Assembly: GCA_964361095.1 (NCBI GenBank)
Contig: CAYHZA010000001.1
Span: 67,456-124,834 of the forward strand
From: an uncultured Candidatus Saccharibacteria bacterium
Lineage (GTDB): Bacteria > Patescibacteriota > Minisyncoccia > UBA6257 > 2-01-FULL-56-20
Direction: 5' to 3'
Length of the DNA: 57,379 nucleotides
The stretch's first letter is position 1; each line of letters starts with the position of its first letter. A model generated the notes under the pieces. That model searched no databases. It saw nothing but the letters and a program-made list of their open reading frames with translations, and was not told the origin of the DNA. The translations under genes were made by a program, and so were the position numbers. Below, in pieces: positions 36,791 through 43,771 of this stretch.

Positions 36791-36853
36791 TTGTTAACTC
36801 ATCGACGTACAGGTTAACAATTGTTAACATTATCGGTAAACAGGGTTAACAAT
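36791..36853. promoter_or_regulatory. cluster of GTTAAC-containing operator-like sites in a divergent intergenic region
   Basis: TGTTAAC (36792-36798), a perfect 16-bp palindrome GTTAACAATTGTTAAC (36813-36828), and GTTAACAAT (36845-36853). Confidence 0.45.
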
Positions 36854-36902
36854 AAAAAAATATGAAAAATAAGGGGAAAAACATCGTTGATTTGAAGTAG
36901 TC

Positions 36903-38372
36903 ATGAAATACGTTTTTGCGGCAGCTATAATCATTTTTATTATACCGATGGGCGTTTTCGGGGCGACACGCTCGCTTGCGTTAGGACTCTCGGGAAACGA
37001 CGTAACCGCATTACAGAACAATCTCATCAATCAAGGATATCTTGCCGCGGGTTACAACACCGGCTACTTTGGCGCGCTTACGGAGGCGGCGGTGAAGTAT
37101 TTCCAATGCGATAAAAAAATCGTCTGCGCGGGCGGCGTGACGGATGGGTACGGCGTCTACGGCCCCAAAACACAGGCCGCGCTCGCGCTTGAAATAAGCT
37201 TTCCAAAAAATCCCGCAACGCTCTCCGCGAAACTTACTCCGCCGGCAGTCGGCGCGTTTGAGATCTCCGGCTGGATACCCTACTGGCGCTCGGCAACCGG
37301 TACCTTGGACGTTCTGCCACACCTCTCTACGCTTACGAGTGTAATGCCGTTCGGCTATACAATGAAAACAGACGGCACATTGGCAGATACCGCCAAACTC
37401 TCGGAGGAGCCGTGGGTATCGTTCATCGCGGCCGCCAAAGCCGCAAAAGTCCGCGTTATCCCGACCGTCATGTGGGGCAATGGAGAATCCATTCACCGAA
37501 TCTTGAGCGATACCAAATCCCGCATCGCACTTGAGGACGAGATCGCGAAAGTTGTAAAAGAGAATAACTTTGACGGCATCGATATAGATTTTGAAGCGAA
37601 GGAACGCGAGACGATAAATTATTTCTCGACATTTTTGAAAGGCTTGTATGCCCGCATGGGGAACAAATGGGTCTACTGCACCGTGGAAGCCCGCATGCCG
37701 ATTGAGCACAGATACTTACCCGGACAGGTAATCCCGCCGGATGCGACCGACTACGCGAACGACTATATTGCTTTGAATAAATACTGCGACCGCGTGGAAA
37801 TTATGGCGTACGACCAAGGCATCATAGACGTTCGTCTGAACGCCGTCCGAACCTCGCCCTACGCGCCTACCGCCGACACCGAATGGGTAGAGGCTCTCGT
37901 GCGTCTCGCGGCGCAAACCATTTCGCGCAACAAGCTTATTATCGGTATACCGACCTACGGATATGAGTACACGGTAACGTCTCTTAACGGCTCGAGCTAT
38001 CAGTACGAGCGGCTTTGGCCGTTCAATCTCAAATATGCCACTGATATTGCCGCGAAGCTCGGCATTATTCCCGCACGCAACAACGCGGGGGAGATTGGCT
38101 TTGCGTATGATCCCAATAAATTGATAGAATCGGCGCCCATCGGTACTGATGCAACACTCCTCCAACAATCAATCGCCGCCTCAACGACGATAACTCAAAA
38201 CGCAGGGTCGCCCACAAGCACCGTCTCAGCATCTTTCAATTATCTGTCATGGAGCGACGCCCAGGCCGTAAAAGACAAAGTTGATCTGGCAAGAAAACTT
38301 GGCGTGCGCGGCGTGGCCGTGTTCAAATTCGACGGCGGCGAAGACCAGAATATTTGGAACATATTGAAGTAG
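36903..38372 (+). CDS. secreted peptidoglycan-binding domain + GH18 (chitinase-like) glycosyl hydrolase
   Basis: 489 aa. Signal/TM segment, PG_binding_1-like motif (LSGNDVTALQNNLINQGYL) and the GH18 catalytic motif FDGIDIDFE. Confidence 0.75.
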   Translation: MKYVFAAAIIIFIIPMGVFGATRSLALGLSGNDVTALQNNLINQGYLAAGYNTGYFGALTEAAVKYFQCDKKIVCAGGVTDGYGVYGPKTQAALALEISFPKNPATLSAKLTPPAVGAFEISGWIPYWRSATGTLDVLPHLSTLTSVMPFGYTMKTDGTLADTAKLSEEPWVSFIAAAKAAKVRVIPTVMWGNGESIHRILSDTKSRIALEDEIAKVVKENNFDGIDIDFEAKERETINYFSTFLKGLYARMGNKWVYCTVEARMPIEHRYLPGQVIPPDATDYANDYIALNKYCDRVEIMAYDQGIIDVRLNAVRTSPYAPTADTEWVEALVRLAAQTISRNKLIIGIPTYGYEYTVTSLNGSSYQYERLWPFNLKYATDIAAKLGIIPARNNAGEIGFAYDPNKLIESAPIGTDATLLQQSIAASTTITQNAGSPTSTVSASFNYLSWSDAQAVKDKVDLARKLGVRGVAVFKFDGGEDQNIWNILK

Positions 38373-38386
38373 CCGCGAACGAAACC

Positions 38387-38518
38387 GCTTCGCTCGTCGG
38401 CACGTTCGCACTGGTGTGCTCCCTGTTTGTCCAAGAGCGAAGCAATTGGCAACAAACAGCAGTCCAGCGAGGCTTTTGCCGAGTCGTGGCTTAGTATCTC
38501 CTCGCCTTCGCTCGTCGG
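38387..38518. repeat. copy of the 48-bp interspersed element split by a ~70-bp hairpin insert
   Basis: CTTCGCTCGTCGGCACGTTCGCACTGGTGTGCTC, then an insert containing the ctgtttg...caaacag stem, then AGTATCTCCTCGCCTTCGCTCGTCGG. Confidence 0.7.
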
Positions 38519-38535
38519 AATAATAGGAATAATAA

Positions 38536-38563
38536 TTGACTTTGTTTTCGCGCAATTTATACT
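38536..38563 (+). promoter_or_regulatory. sigma70 promoter giving a near-leaderless mRNA for 38573..38905
   Basis: TTGACT (38536-38541), a 16-nt spacer, then TATACT (38558-38563). The ATG lies 9 nt downstream. Confidence 0.5.
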
Positions 38564-38572
38564 TATCTACAC

Positions 38573-38905
38573 ATGCCCCACGAAGAAGGTCCAAAAGTGA
38601 ATCCAAACGAAACGGGTCCTGAGCGCATTCTTTCGCGAGAAGAAGTTTTGTCCGAACTGCGCAGTCGCTGCGAGATTTTTGAAGTAGAACGAGAATTAGA
38701 GGACGCAGAAGGTATTTATCTTTTGGAAGTTAAAGCTTCGGACGGTTCTAAGCGCTACACCTATCAGCGAAAAAGATTGCTTCCGGGAGAACCTCGGGGG
38801 ATTGAATCGGTCGGAACAACTATCAGAGTAGAGTGGTTGGATGACGGTTATGCAAAGACTCTTGCCGATTATGACCCCATAACGAATGAGTGGATAGATC
38901 AGTAA
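38573..38905 (+). CDS. hypothetical protein
   Basis: 110-aa acidic ORF with its own promoter. No recognisable motif. Confidence 0.5.
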   Translation: MPHEEGPKVNPNETGPERILSREEVLSELRSRCEIFEVERELEDAEGIYLLEVKASDGSKRYTYQRKRLLPGEPRGIESVGTTIRVEWLDDGYAKTLADYDPITNEWIDQ

Positions 38906-38922
38906 CCTTCGGCGGCTTTTAA

Positions 38923-38971
38923 TTTTAAAACGCAGGCCCCTTTGTTTTTGCCTAAAACGCTAAAAATTGAT
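38923..38971. repeat. direct repeat DR-left (copy of the tRNA promoter region)
   Basis: TTTTAAAACGCAGGCCCCTTTGTTTTTGCCTAAAACGCTAAAAATTGAT matches 40263-40312 except for 3 substitutions and a 1-nt indel. Confidence 0.85.
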
Positions 38972-39046
38972 GCTGAAAAACAGAGAGGTGGTTTTGGGGA
39001 AAGACAGCATAGTGCTCTCTCTGTGGGAGTTTGCTATGCTTGAAGC

Positions 39047-39289
39047 ATGAAAAAGATTATTCAAGTTCATATTCATAAAGGTGATACATACTTCATTGGG
39101 GAATGTGTTGATTTGCCGGTGGTGACGCAGGGAAAAACTCTTGACGAATTGACCGAAAATCTCAAGGAAGCTATCGCGCTTCAATTGGAAGGTGAGAATC
39201 CGGCCGACTTTGATTTGGCCGAAAACCCATCGGTATTAGCAAGTTTTGAAATTGAATCAAAGCCTGCATATGCCAAAACTGCTTGCTAA
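39047..39289 (+). CDS. hicB: HicB-family antitoxin-like protein (UPF0150 fold)
   Basis: 80 aa. ...YFIGECVDLPVVTQGKTLDELTENLKEAI.L is typical of the N-terminal domain of HicB-like proteins. Confidence 0.6.
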   Translation: MKKIIQVHIHKGDTYFIGECVDLPVVTQGKTLDELTENLKEAIALQLEGENPADFDLAENPSVLASFEIESKPAYAKTAC

Positions 39290-39302
39290 AAAAAGAGCCA
39301 GA

Positions 39303-39686
39303 CTATGCGTCCCGCTTTTTCAGTTCTTCTTTGAGGTCGCGGATGTAGCCGTTGTAGCGTTCTTTCTTGCGATTACCTTCATCGCGAAAACCAAGTTCTT
39401 TGCGCTCCTCTATAAAATCTAGATTGATAGTGCATTCAATGAGATCAAGAAAATACACGACGCGATAGCCGCCGCTCTTACCCTTGTTGCTGGCTGGATT
39501 TGGAATGCCCACTGCCCACGCTTCATAGCGATTTTTTGGTGAGCGGTAGACAATTTTTTGGCGGGAAAGTTCAAACCGGCTTACGGTCGGCGCCCAAGAT
39601 CTAATTGCCTCCCGCACTATCTTGGAAACATCCACTTTCTCGCACATACGCACAAACTGCTCTCGTTCAACATAAACCCATGACAT
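39303..39686 (-). CDS. RelE/Gp49-like type II toxin
   Basis: 127 aa. The core KGKSGGYRVVYF is characteristic of Gp49/HigB-type RelE-fold toxins. It lies directly downstream of a Panacea-domain gene. Confidence 0.6.
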   Translation of the reverse strand: MSWVYVEREQFVRMCEKVDVSKIVREAIRSWAPTVSRFELSRQKIVYRSPKNRYEAWAVGIPNPASNKGKSGGYRVVYFLDLIECTINLDFIEERKELGFRDEGNRKKERYNGYIRDLKEELKKRDA

Positions 39687-39698
39687 AGATGCGATAAA

Positions 39699-40250
39699 CT
39701 ATTTGAAGAAATCAATGTCGCGCGCATAGGCGTAGTCCACGACTTCATATGGTTTTGAATAAAACCAAGGGGCTTCAAGGTGTGTCTGGGCAACAATTTT
39801 TTCGGTTGGCCAATTTCCGAACTCATCGCAAATTTGCTTAAGTAGCTTTTTTTGATCGGAAGGGAAAACGGTCTCGTCAAATTTAGAATCGTCTTTCAGT
39901 GAAAAATTAATCATTTCTCCATCATTATTGGAAACTGCTTCAGTATCAATTGCGCCTTCGTTTTTAAGTCCTGCGAGTATTTCGTCTACGCGAGAAGGAA
40001 CGGGACCGTATCCTTGGTGAATATACACATCGCCCGTAACAGATTTTTTGTGGTCGCGAAAATAAACAAAGTCAAGATAATACAGGAGCTTGTTCAGCTT
40101 CGTAGCGTGTAAGTACTTATTATTACAGTACTTGATAAAATACAAAACAGCGTTTTTATAAGAACGCTCGTCAAGTTTGGGGCGTGCAATCTCAACCATG
40201 GTATTAGCTATAATGATACCATGGTGGCATATTAGGGAACAATAGAGCAT
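39699..40250 (-). CDS. Panacea (SocA/DUF4065) domain antitoxin-like protein
   Basis: 183 aa. ...KLNKLLYYLDFVYFRDHKKSVTGDVYIHQGYGPVP is a typical DUF4065 core. The more likely start is MVEIARP at 40199. Confidence 0.65.
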   Translation of the reverse strand: MLYCSLICHHGIIIANTMVEIARPKLDERSYKNAVLYFIKYCNNKYLHATKLNKLLYYLDFVYFRDHKKSVTGDVYIHQGYGPVPSRVDEILAGLKNEGAIDTEAVSNNDGEMINFSLKDDSKFDETVFPSDQKKLLKQICDEFGNWPTEKIVAQTHLEAPWFYSKPYEVVDYAYARDIDFFK

Positions 40251-40262
40251 ATAATCGCGAAT

Positions 40263-40312
40263 TTTTAAAAACGTAGGTCCCTTTGTTTTTGCCTAAAACG
40301 CTAAAAGTTGAT
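40263..40312. repeat. direct repeat DR-right (contains the intact tRNA promoter)
   Basis: See 38923-38971. Confidence 0.85.
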
Positions 40313-40317
40313 AGAAT
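40289..40317 (+). promoter_or_regulatory. sigma70 promoter of the tRNA-Gln transcription unit
   Basis: TTGCCT (40289-40294), a 17-nt spacer, then TAGAAT (40312-40317). Confidence 0.6.
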
Positions 40318-40446
40318 AGTGCAGAAATTGCGGGATCGCCCGCCTAGACTCGACGTCTAGTCGAGGCTGGTCTAATGGCCCCGAAACATTCTTCGAATGT
40401 AACGGGGTAAATAGTCCATCGCCCGATGCGAAGTTCTGAACAAAGC

Positions 40447-40517
40447 TGGGGGATCGTCTAATGGTAGGACATCGCCCTCTGGAGGCGAGTATCTTGGTTC
40501 GAATCCAGGTCCCCCAG
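40447..40517 (+). tRNA. tRNA-Gln (anticodon CUG)
   Basis: Folded by hand. Acceptor TGGGGGA/TCCCCCA, D arm GTCT-AATGGTA-GGAC, anticodon arm TCGCC-CTCTGGA-GGCGA (CTG at positions 34-36, T33, G37), variable loop GTAT, T arm CTTGG-TTCGAAT-CCAGG, discriminator G. CCA is not encoded. Confidence 0.85.
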
Positions 40518-40573
40518 CTTTGTTCAGGAAAGGCAGTTGGATTTTGCAACGCGAAGCATTTGCAAAATTAACT

Positions 40574-40607
40574 GTCCCGAGGAGTCTCTCGAGCGACGAG
40601 GGGCTAC
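40574..40607. repeat. member of the GTCCCGAGG-N11-CGACGAGGGGCTAC intergenic repeat family
   Basis: Other members lie at 40693-40726, 42223-42265 (longer spacer) and 41459-41487 (degenerate). Confidence 0.7.
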
Positions 40608-40625
40608 GTTGATATGAGTAGTTAT

Positions 40626-40646
40626 GTTCGAATCCAGGTCCCGCAG
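40626..40646 (+). pseudogene. isolated tRNA 3' fragment (T-loop + acceptor 3' strand)
   Basis: GTTCGAATCCAGGTCCCGCAG shares its first 17 nt with the tRNA-Gln 3' end but has no matching T-stem 5' strand. Its acceptor strand TCCCGCA is complementary to TGCGGGA at 40329-40335. Confidence 0.55.
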
Positions 40647-40888
40647 CCGAACTGAAAATCACCCCGAAGAATTGAGGGGTTGATTTTCGTTCGTCCCGAG
40701 GAGTTTTCCAAGCGACGAGGGGCTACGTCTAACCCCCGAAAGGGGTTTTTGTATTTCAAGCGCTTAGTAAAATTGCAATTTTACTAAGTACAATATTAAA
40801 GATTAATTAAAGCAACCCCGAGGGCTACATTATCGAGGCTTAAATTTTCAATCATCCCGAGGGCCCCGTAATTTGGTATATTTAAGCT

Positions 40889-41167
40889 ATGCCAAAAGAC
40901 CCCAAAGACCTGCGGATCATAACCCAAATAGCCCAGTTCATTCTTCTTGTGCCGGTTATGCTAGTCCTGTTTCTTTTACTATTCACTGGCTATAGTCAAA
41001 TTTTCATCGACCAAGATCGTGACTGTATAATCTATGACCGATTCCCACCGGAAGCTGAAAGAAAAGCGGCGATTGAGGCATTTCAACGAAATACCGTCGA
41101 GGGGTTAGTAAAAATTGACGAGATTATTGCTAAATACCCGCCGATCATAAAGTGCCCGAAATTATAA
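40889..41167 (+). CDS. small single-pass membrane protein, copy A
   Basis: 92 aa with a TM helix IAQFILLVPVMLVLFLLLF. A duplicate lies at 45570..45848. Confidence 0.6.
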   Translation: MPKDPKDLRIITQIAQFILLVPVMLVLFLLLFTGYSQIFIDQDRDCIIYDRFPPEAERKAAIEAFQRNTVEGLVKIDEIIAKYPPIIKCPKL

Positions 41168-41293
41168 CTGGAATCTGCAACGAACCCATCTGTTCGCTAA
41201 TTTTTCTCCAATTTACAGTTCCAAGTGTTCCGAGGCGTTTTGCGCCGAGGGGCTATTTTGATTTATTCCCCGTAACGTTCAGTTTTCTGCCAG

Positions 41294-41322
41294 TGGAATT
41301 TTATTAAAAAACGTGGTATAAT
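41294..41322 (+). promoter_or_regulatory. promoter cassette copy L1 (extended -10)
   Basis: TGGAAT, 17 nt, then TATAAT preceded by TGG. It is embedded in the conserved string CCAGTGGAATTTTATTAAAAAACGTGGTATAAT. Confidence 0.6.
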
Positions 41323-41595
41323 GTACACGAAATAAAATTCTCAGGCCTCACAGCCGATTAGATTTTCTTAGCGAAGTATGAGCTTAGAAAATCAATCGTC
41401 CCGAACGAATGTGAGGGATACAGTGCATGCCGAGCTTGTGAGGTTTGAATTTTCAATCATCCCGAGGAGGGTAGAGCCGACGAGGGACTTCCTCGTGATA
41501 GGCCATTCGGCTCTGAGAGCCTCAGGCTCGATGAGTTATCCTGCTCGAGACGCATTGATTAACAAAATTTTCAAAAGGGATATAATGAAACCGTT

Positions 41596-42177
41596 ATGAC
41601 CAAATACATTCTCCATGGCGGATATACCAGCACAAACAATGAACTAAATCGTACTTTCTACGAGGAAATCGGTCGTGATGTTCCGGATAAAGGCACGATT
41701 TTACTCTGCTACTTTGCTTCACAAGATGAAGACAATTCGAACAGGTTTAAGGAAGACAGCGAAAGAGTCCAAAAGCAATCTCACGGTAAAGACTTCACAT
41801 TTCTCCTCGCTAACGAGAAAGATTTCCTCGATCAACTAAAGCAAGCCGATGTTCTCTATATGCGCGGAGGTAGTACTCCAAAGCTTCTCGGAATATTGAA
41901 AAAGTACAATGATTTTAAAGAGAATCTGGATGGCAAAACAGTTGCTGGATCTTCTGCGGGGGCGTATGTGATTGGACATTATAGCGCTTTTCATGACGAC
42001 GAATCAGGCGGGAAGGTACGTGAAGGGCTTGGCCTCCTACCATTACGAGTTGTTTGTCACTACGAGAGCTCAGACTTACCTCCAAACCCACAAGCACTCT
42101 CTTCTTTAAAAAATATGGCGCAAGAACTTGATCTTGTGCTACTCAAGGACTTTGAATGGAAGGTTTTTAAGATATAG
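41596..42177 (+). CDS. peptidase S51 (dipeptidase E-like) / type-1 glutamine-amidotransferase-like protein
   Basis: 193 aa. ...ADVLYMRGGSTPKLL... and GSSAGAYV form a nucleophile elbow typical of S51. Confidence 0.6.
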   Translation: MTKYILHGGYTSTNNELNRTFYEEIGRDVPDKGTILLCYFASQDEDNSNRFKEDSERVQKQSHGKDFTFLLANEKDFLDQLKQADVLYMRGGSTPKLLGILKKYNDFKENLDGKTVAGSSAGAYVIGHYSAFHDDESGGKVREGLGLLPLRVVCHYESSDLPPNPQALSSLKNMAQELDLVLLKDFEWKVFKI

Positions 42178-42399
42178 ATTTGAGTACTGGGTGCTCGAGA
42201 CGAATCGTTTTGGTTTCGAGCGGTCCCGAGTGAATCCGCCGGTTGGCGGACGACGAGGGGCCTACATTATCCCTGCTTACACCGCTGGTGGAATTTTACC
42301 AAAAAACATTGTTATACTTCCTTTAGAACCTATAGAGCTTACAAATTAAGGAGGTGGATAGTAGATATCCTCGATCAGGAAACCGGACGCGAGCAGCTC

Positions 42400-42816
42400 G
42401 TGCGGTACGGGAGAACTCTTGCGGGCGCATTCCTCTGTGCCTTGGGATGGGTTTCTGCGTATCTTTTCTTCTATCACGGCGTTGCAAACAACACGTTTCT
42501 CGTCGCACCTCTTGTGCTCGCCTTCATAAGCTTCCTGCTCCTCGGAACCGTTGTCCCGAGAAAGCCGTGGGGGCTTCTCATGGACCTCGCATTTGCCACG
42601 CTCCACGCTTGTTTTATAACGCTTTTCGTTTCGATCGTGCGGCATCCCCAGAAACGCGTCCTCCATGGTATTCGTGATATATGGAAGCTCCCCCCGCTTG
42701 ACCAAGCCCTGCTTTTCTCTGCTTTGGTGTGCTTGGTGGTCTCCATGCTTCTCATGCTTGCGGACACACTGACCTACAAGCCGGAAGAAAATAACAACAG
42801 CCACGGCACAGCCTGA
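42400..42816 (+). CDS. integral membrane protein (hypothetical)
   Basis: 138 aa with about 4 hydrophobic helices. GTG start as in the ORF track, but the start is uncertain. A perfect 10-bp-stem terminator follows on the plus strand. Confidence 0.45.
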   Translation: MRYGRTLAGAFLCALGWVSAYLFFYHGVANNTFLVAPLVLAFISFLLLGTVVPRKPWGLLMDLAFATLHACFITLFVSIVRHPQKRVLHGIRDIWKLPPLDQALLFSALVCLVVSMLLMLADTLTYKPEENNNSHGTA

Positions 42817-42829
42817 TGTGCCGAACCAC

Positions 42830-42862
42830 AAGGAGGCACCGCGGTGCCTCCTTAATATTTTA
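42830..42862 (+). terminator. rho-independent terminator
   Basis: Hairpin aaggaggcac-cgcg-gtgcctcctt followed by an A/T-rich tail, aatatttta. Confidence 0.6.
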
Positions 42863-42901
42863 TGGGTCTGTGATTTTGTGACATTTACTCGCTTGGCATC
42901 G

Positions 42902-42930
42902 TTGAATTTCCGTAAAAAACGTGGTATAAT
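42902..42930 (+). promoter_or_regulatory. promoter cassette copy L2
   Basis: TTGAAT, 17 nt, then TATAAT with an upstream TGG. It shares AAAAAACGTGGTATAATGTA..CGAAATAAAA with L1. Confidence 0.6.
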
Positions 42931-42948
42931 GTATGCGAAATAAAAACT

Positions 42949-43494
42949 ATGACAATCTATGTATTTATAGACGCTTCAAATGTTTGGAATGCGATCAAGT
43001 CGGTAAAAAAGTTCATTGAATACAAAACTCTTAAAGATTATTTTAGAAAAAAATTTAACGCAGGCAAGGTTGAAATTTTTTATTATGATGCTTACCCAAA
43101 AGCAGGAACAAGAGATTATGACTTGGATGGAAAGCATAGATTTTTTACGTATCTTAAGAAAGGGCTCGGTTTTACTGTAAGAAAAAAAGAATTAAAAAGA
43201 ATCTCTGTTATTGGCGAGAGTGGAGAATCTATCGTAGAAAAAGGAAATATGGATGTGGAAATAACGATTGATGCTATGCACAACATCCAGAAATATAACG
43301 TAGCTATCTTTTTTAGCGGCGATGCTGATTTTTTAGCGCTCGTGAATTATTTGAAAAATGCCGGCAAAAAGGTCTACATTTTTTCTTCAAAAGGTAATAT
43401 TTCTCACGAACTAAAAACTGGCGGGGATGGTTATTATGAGTTAAAAGATATAAATGAATTTTGGGGTAAAGATTTAAAACATCGCGAGAAATAA
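42949..43494 (+). CDS. NYN-domain (LabA/DUF88-like, PIN-fold) putative RNase
   Basis: 181 aa. IYVFIDASNVW..., GNMDVEITIDAM and FFSGDADFLALVNYLKNAGKKVYIFS carry the NYN acidic residues. Confidence 0.75.
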   Translation: MTIYVFIDASNVWNAIKSVKKFIEYKTLKDYFRKKFNAGKVEIFYYDAYPKAGTRDYDLDGKHRFFTYLKKGLGFTVRKKELKRISVIGESGESIVEKGNMDVEITIDAMHNIQKYNVAIFFSGDADFLALVNYLKNAGKKVYIFSSKGNISHELKTGGDGYYELKDINEFWGKDLKHREK

Positions 43495-43666
43495 ATAATA
43501 CATAAACGAAAACCACCCTCAATTAAGAGAGTGGCCCTGGGATGTATAACCCTAACGGTTCTATGGATAGAACCGAAAGACCTTATTAGTATATGCGAGC
43601 CGTCGCATAAGTCAATAGTTATCCACAAGCAATATTGAACCCCCGAAAGGGGTTTTCGCATTTCAA
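43235..43666 (+). repeat. 432-bp segmental duplication, copy A (NYN 3' half + downstream tail)
   Basis: Near-identical to 45101-45532 at a constant offset of 1866 bp. Confidence 0.9.
43638..43656 (+). terminator. short rho-independent terminator recurring at cassette ends
   Basis: Hairpin aacccc-cgaaa-ggggtt plus TT. Copies lie at 40731-40750 and 45504-45522, and each is followed by ..ATTTCAA. Confidence 0.45.
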
Positions 43667-43742
43667 GCGTGCAGAAACACTTGTGTTTTGCGCCGAAGGG
43701 CTATTTTGATTTACCCCCCCGTGACGTTTAATTCCCTACCAG

Positions 43743-43771
43743 TGGAATTTTATTAAAAAACGTGGTATAAT
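43743..43771 (+). promoter_or_regulatory. promoter cassette copy L3
   Basis: Carries the same CCAGTGGAATTTTATTAAAAAACGTGGTATAAT string as L1 and L4. Confidence 0.6.

Larger units (their letters stand above)
40846..41325 (+). repeat. ~480-bp segmental duplication, copy A (small gene + promoter cassette)
   Basis: Near-identical to 45527-46006 at a constant offset of 4681 bp. The 92-aa ORF differs only in its last residue. Confidence 0.9.

Noticed and set aside
40329-40646. tmRNA (ssrA), because 5' and 3' ends pair like a tRNA acceptor with a T-loop about 300 nt apart
   Set aside because: There is no G3:U70 alanine identity pair and no GGGGCUGA-type 5' end. The T stem cannot form. No tag-peptide frame ending in a typical hydrophobic tail was found. 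A complete tRNA-Gln sits inside.
41378-41599. 73-aa ORF upstream of the peptidase S51 gene
   Set aside because: It starts at the leader-cassette ATG and reads straight through a copy of the AATCATCCCGAGG...CGACGAGGG repeat. The translation looks non-protein-like. It is kept only as a possible leader ORF, since its stop overlaps ATG 41596.
42346-42831. 161-aa minus-strand ORF and 107-aa plus-strand ORF (42354-42677) competing with 42400..42816
   Set aside because: The 42400 frame gives four clean hydrophobic helices and is followed by a perfect plus-strand terminator. The alternatives are charged and low-complexity. The exact start of the chosen frame remains uncertain.
43619-43627. Consensus DnaA boxes TTATCCACA at 43619, 45485 and 51402, suggesting a replication origin
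   Set aside because: Two of the three are copies within the 432-bp duplication. About 0.4 perfect 9-mers are expected by chance in this window. There is no cluster, no AT-rich unwinding element context and no dnaA or dnaN nearby.
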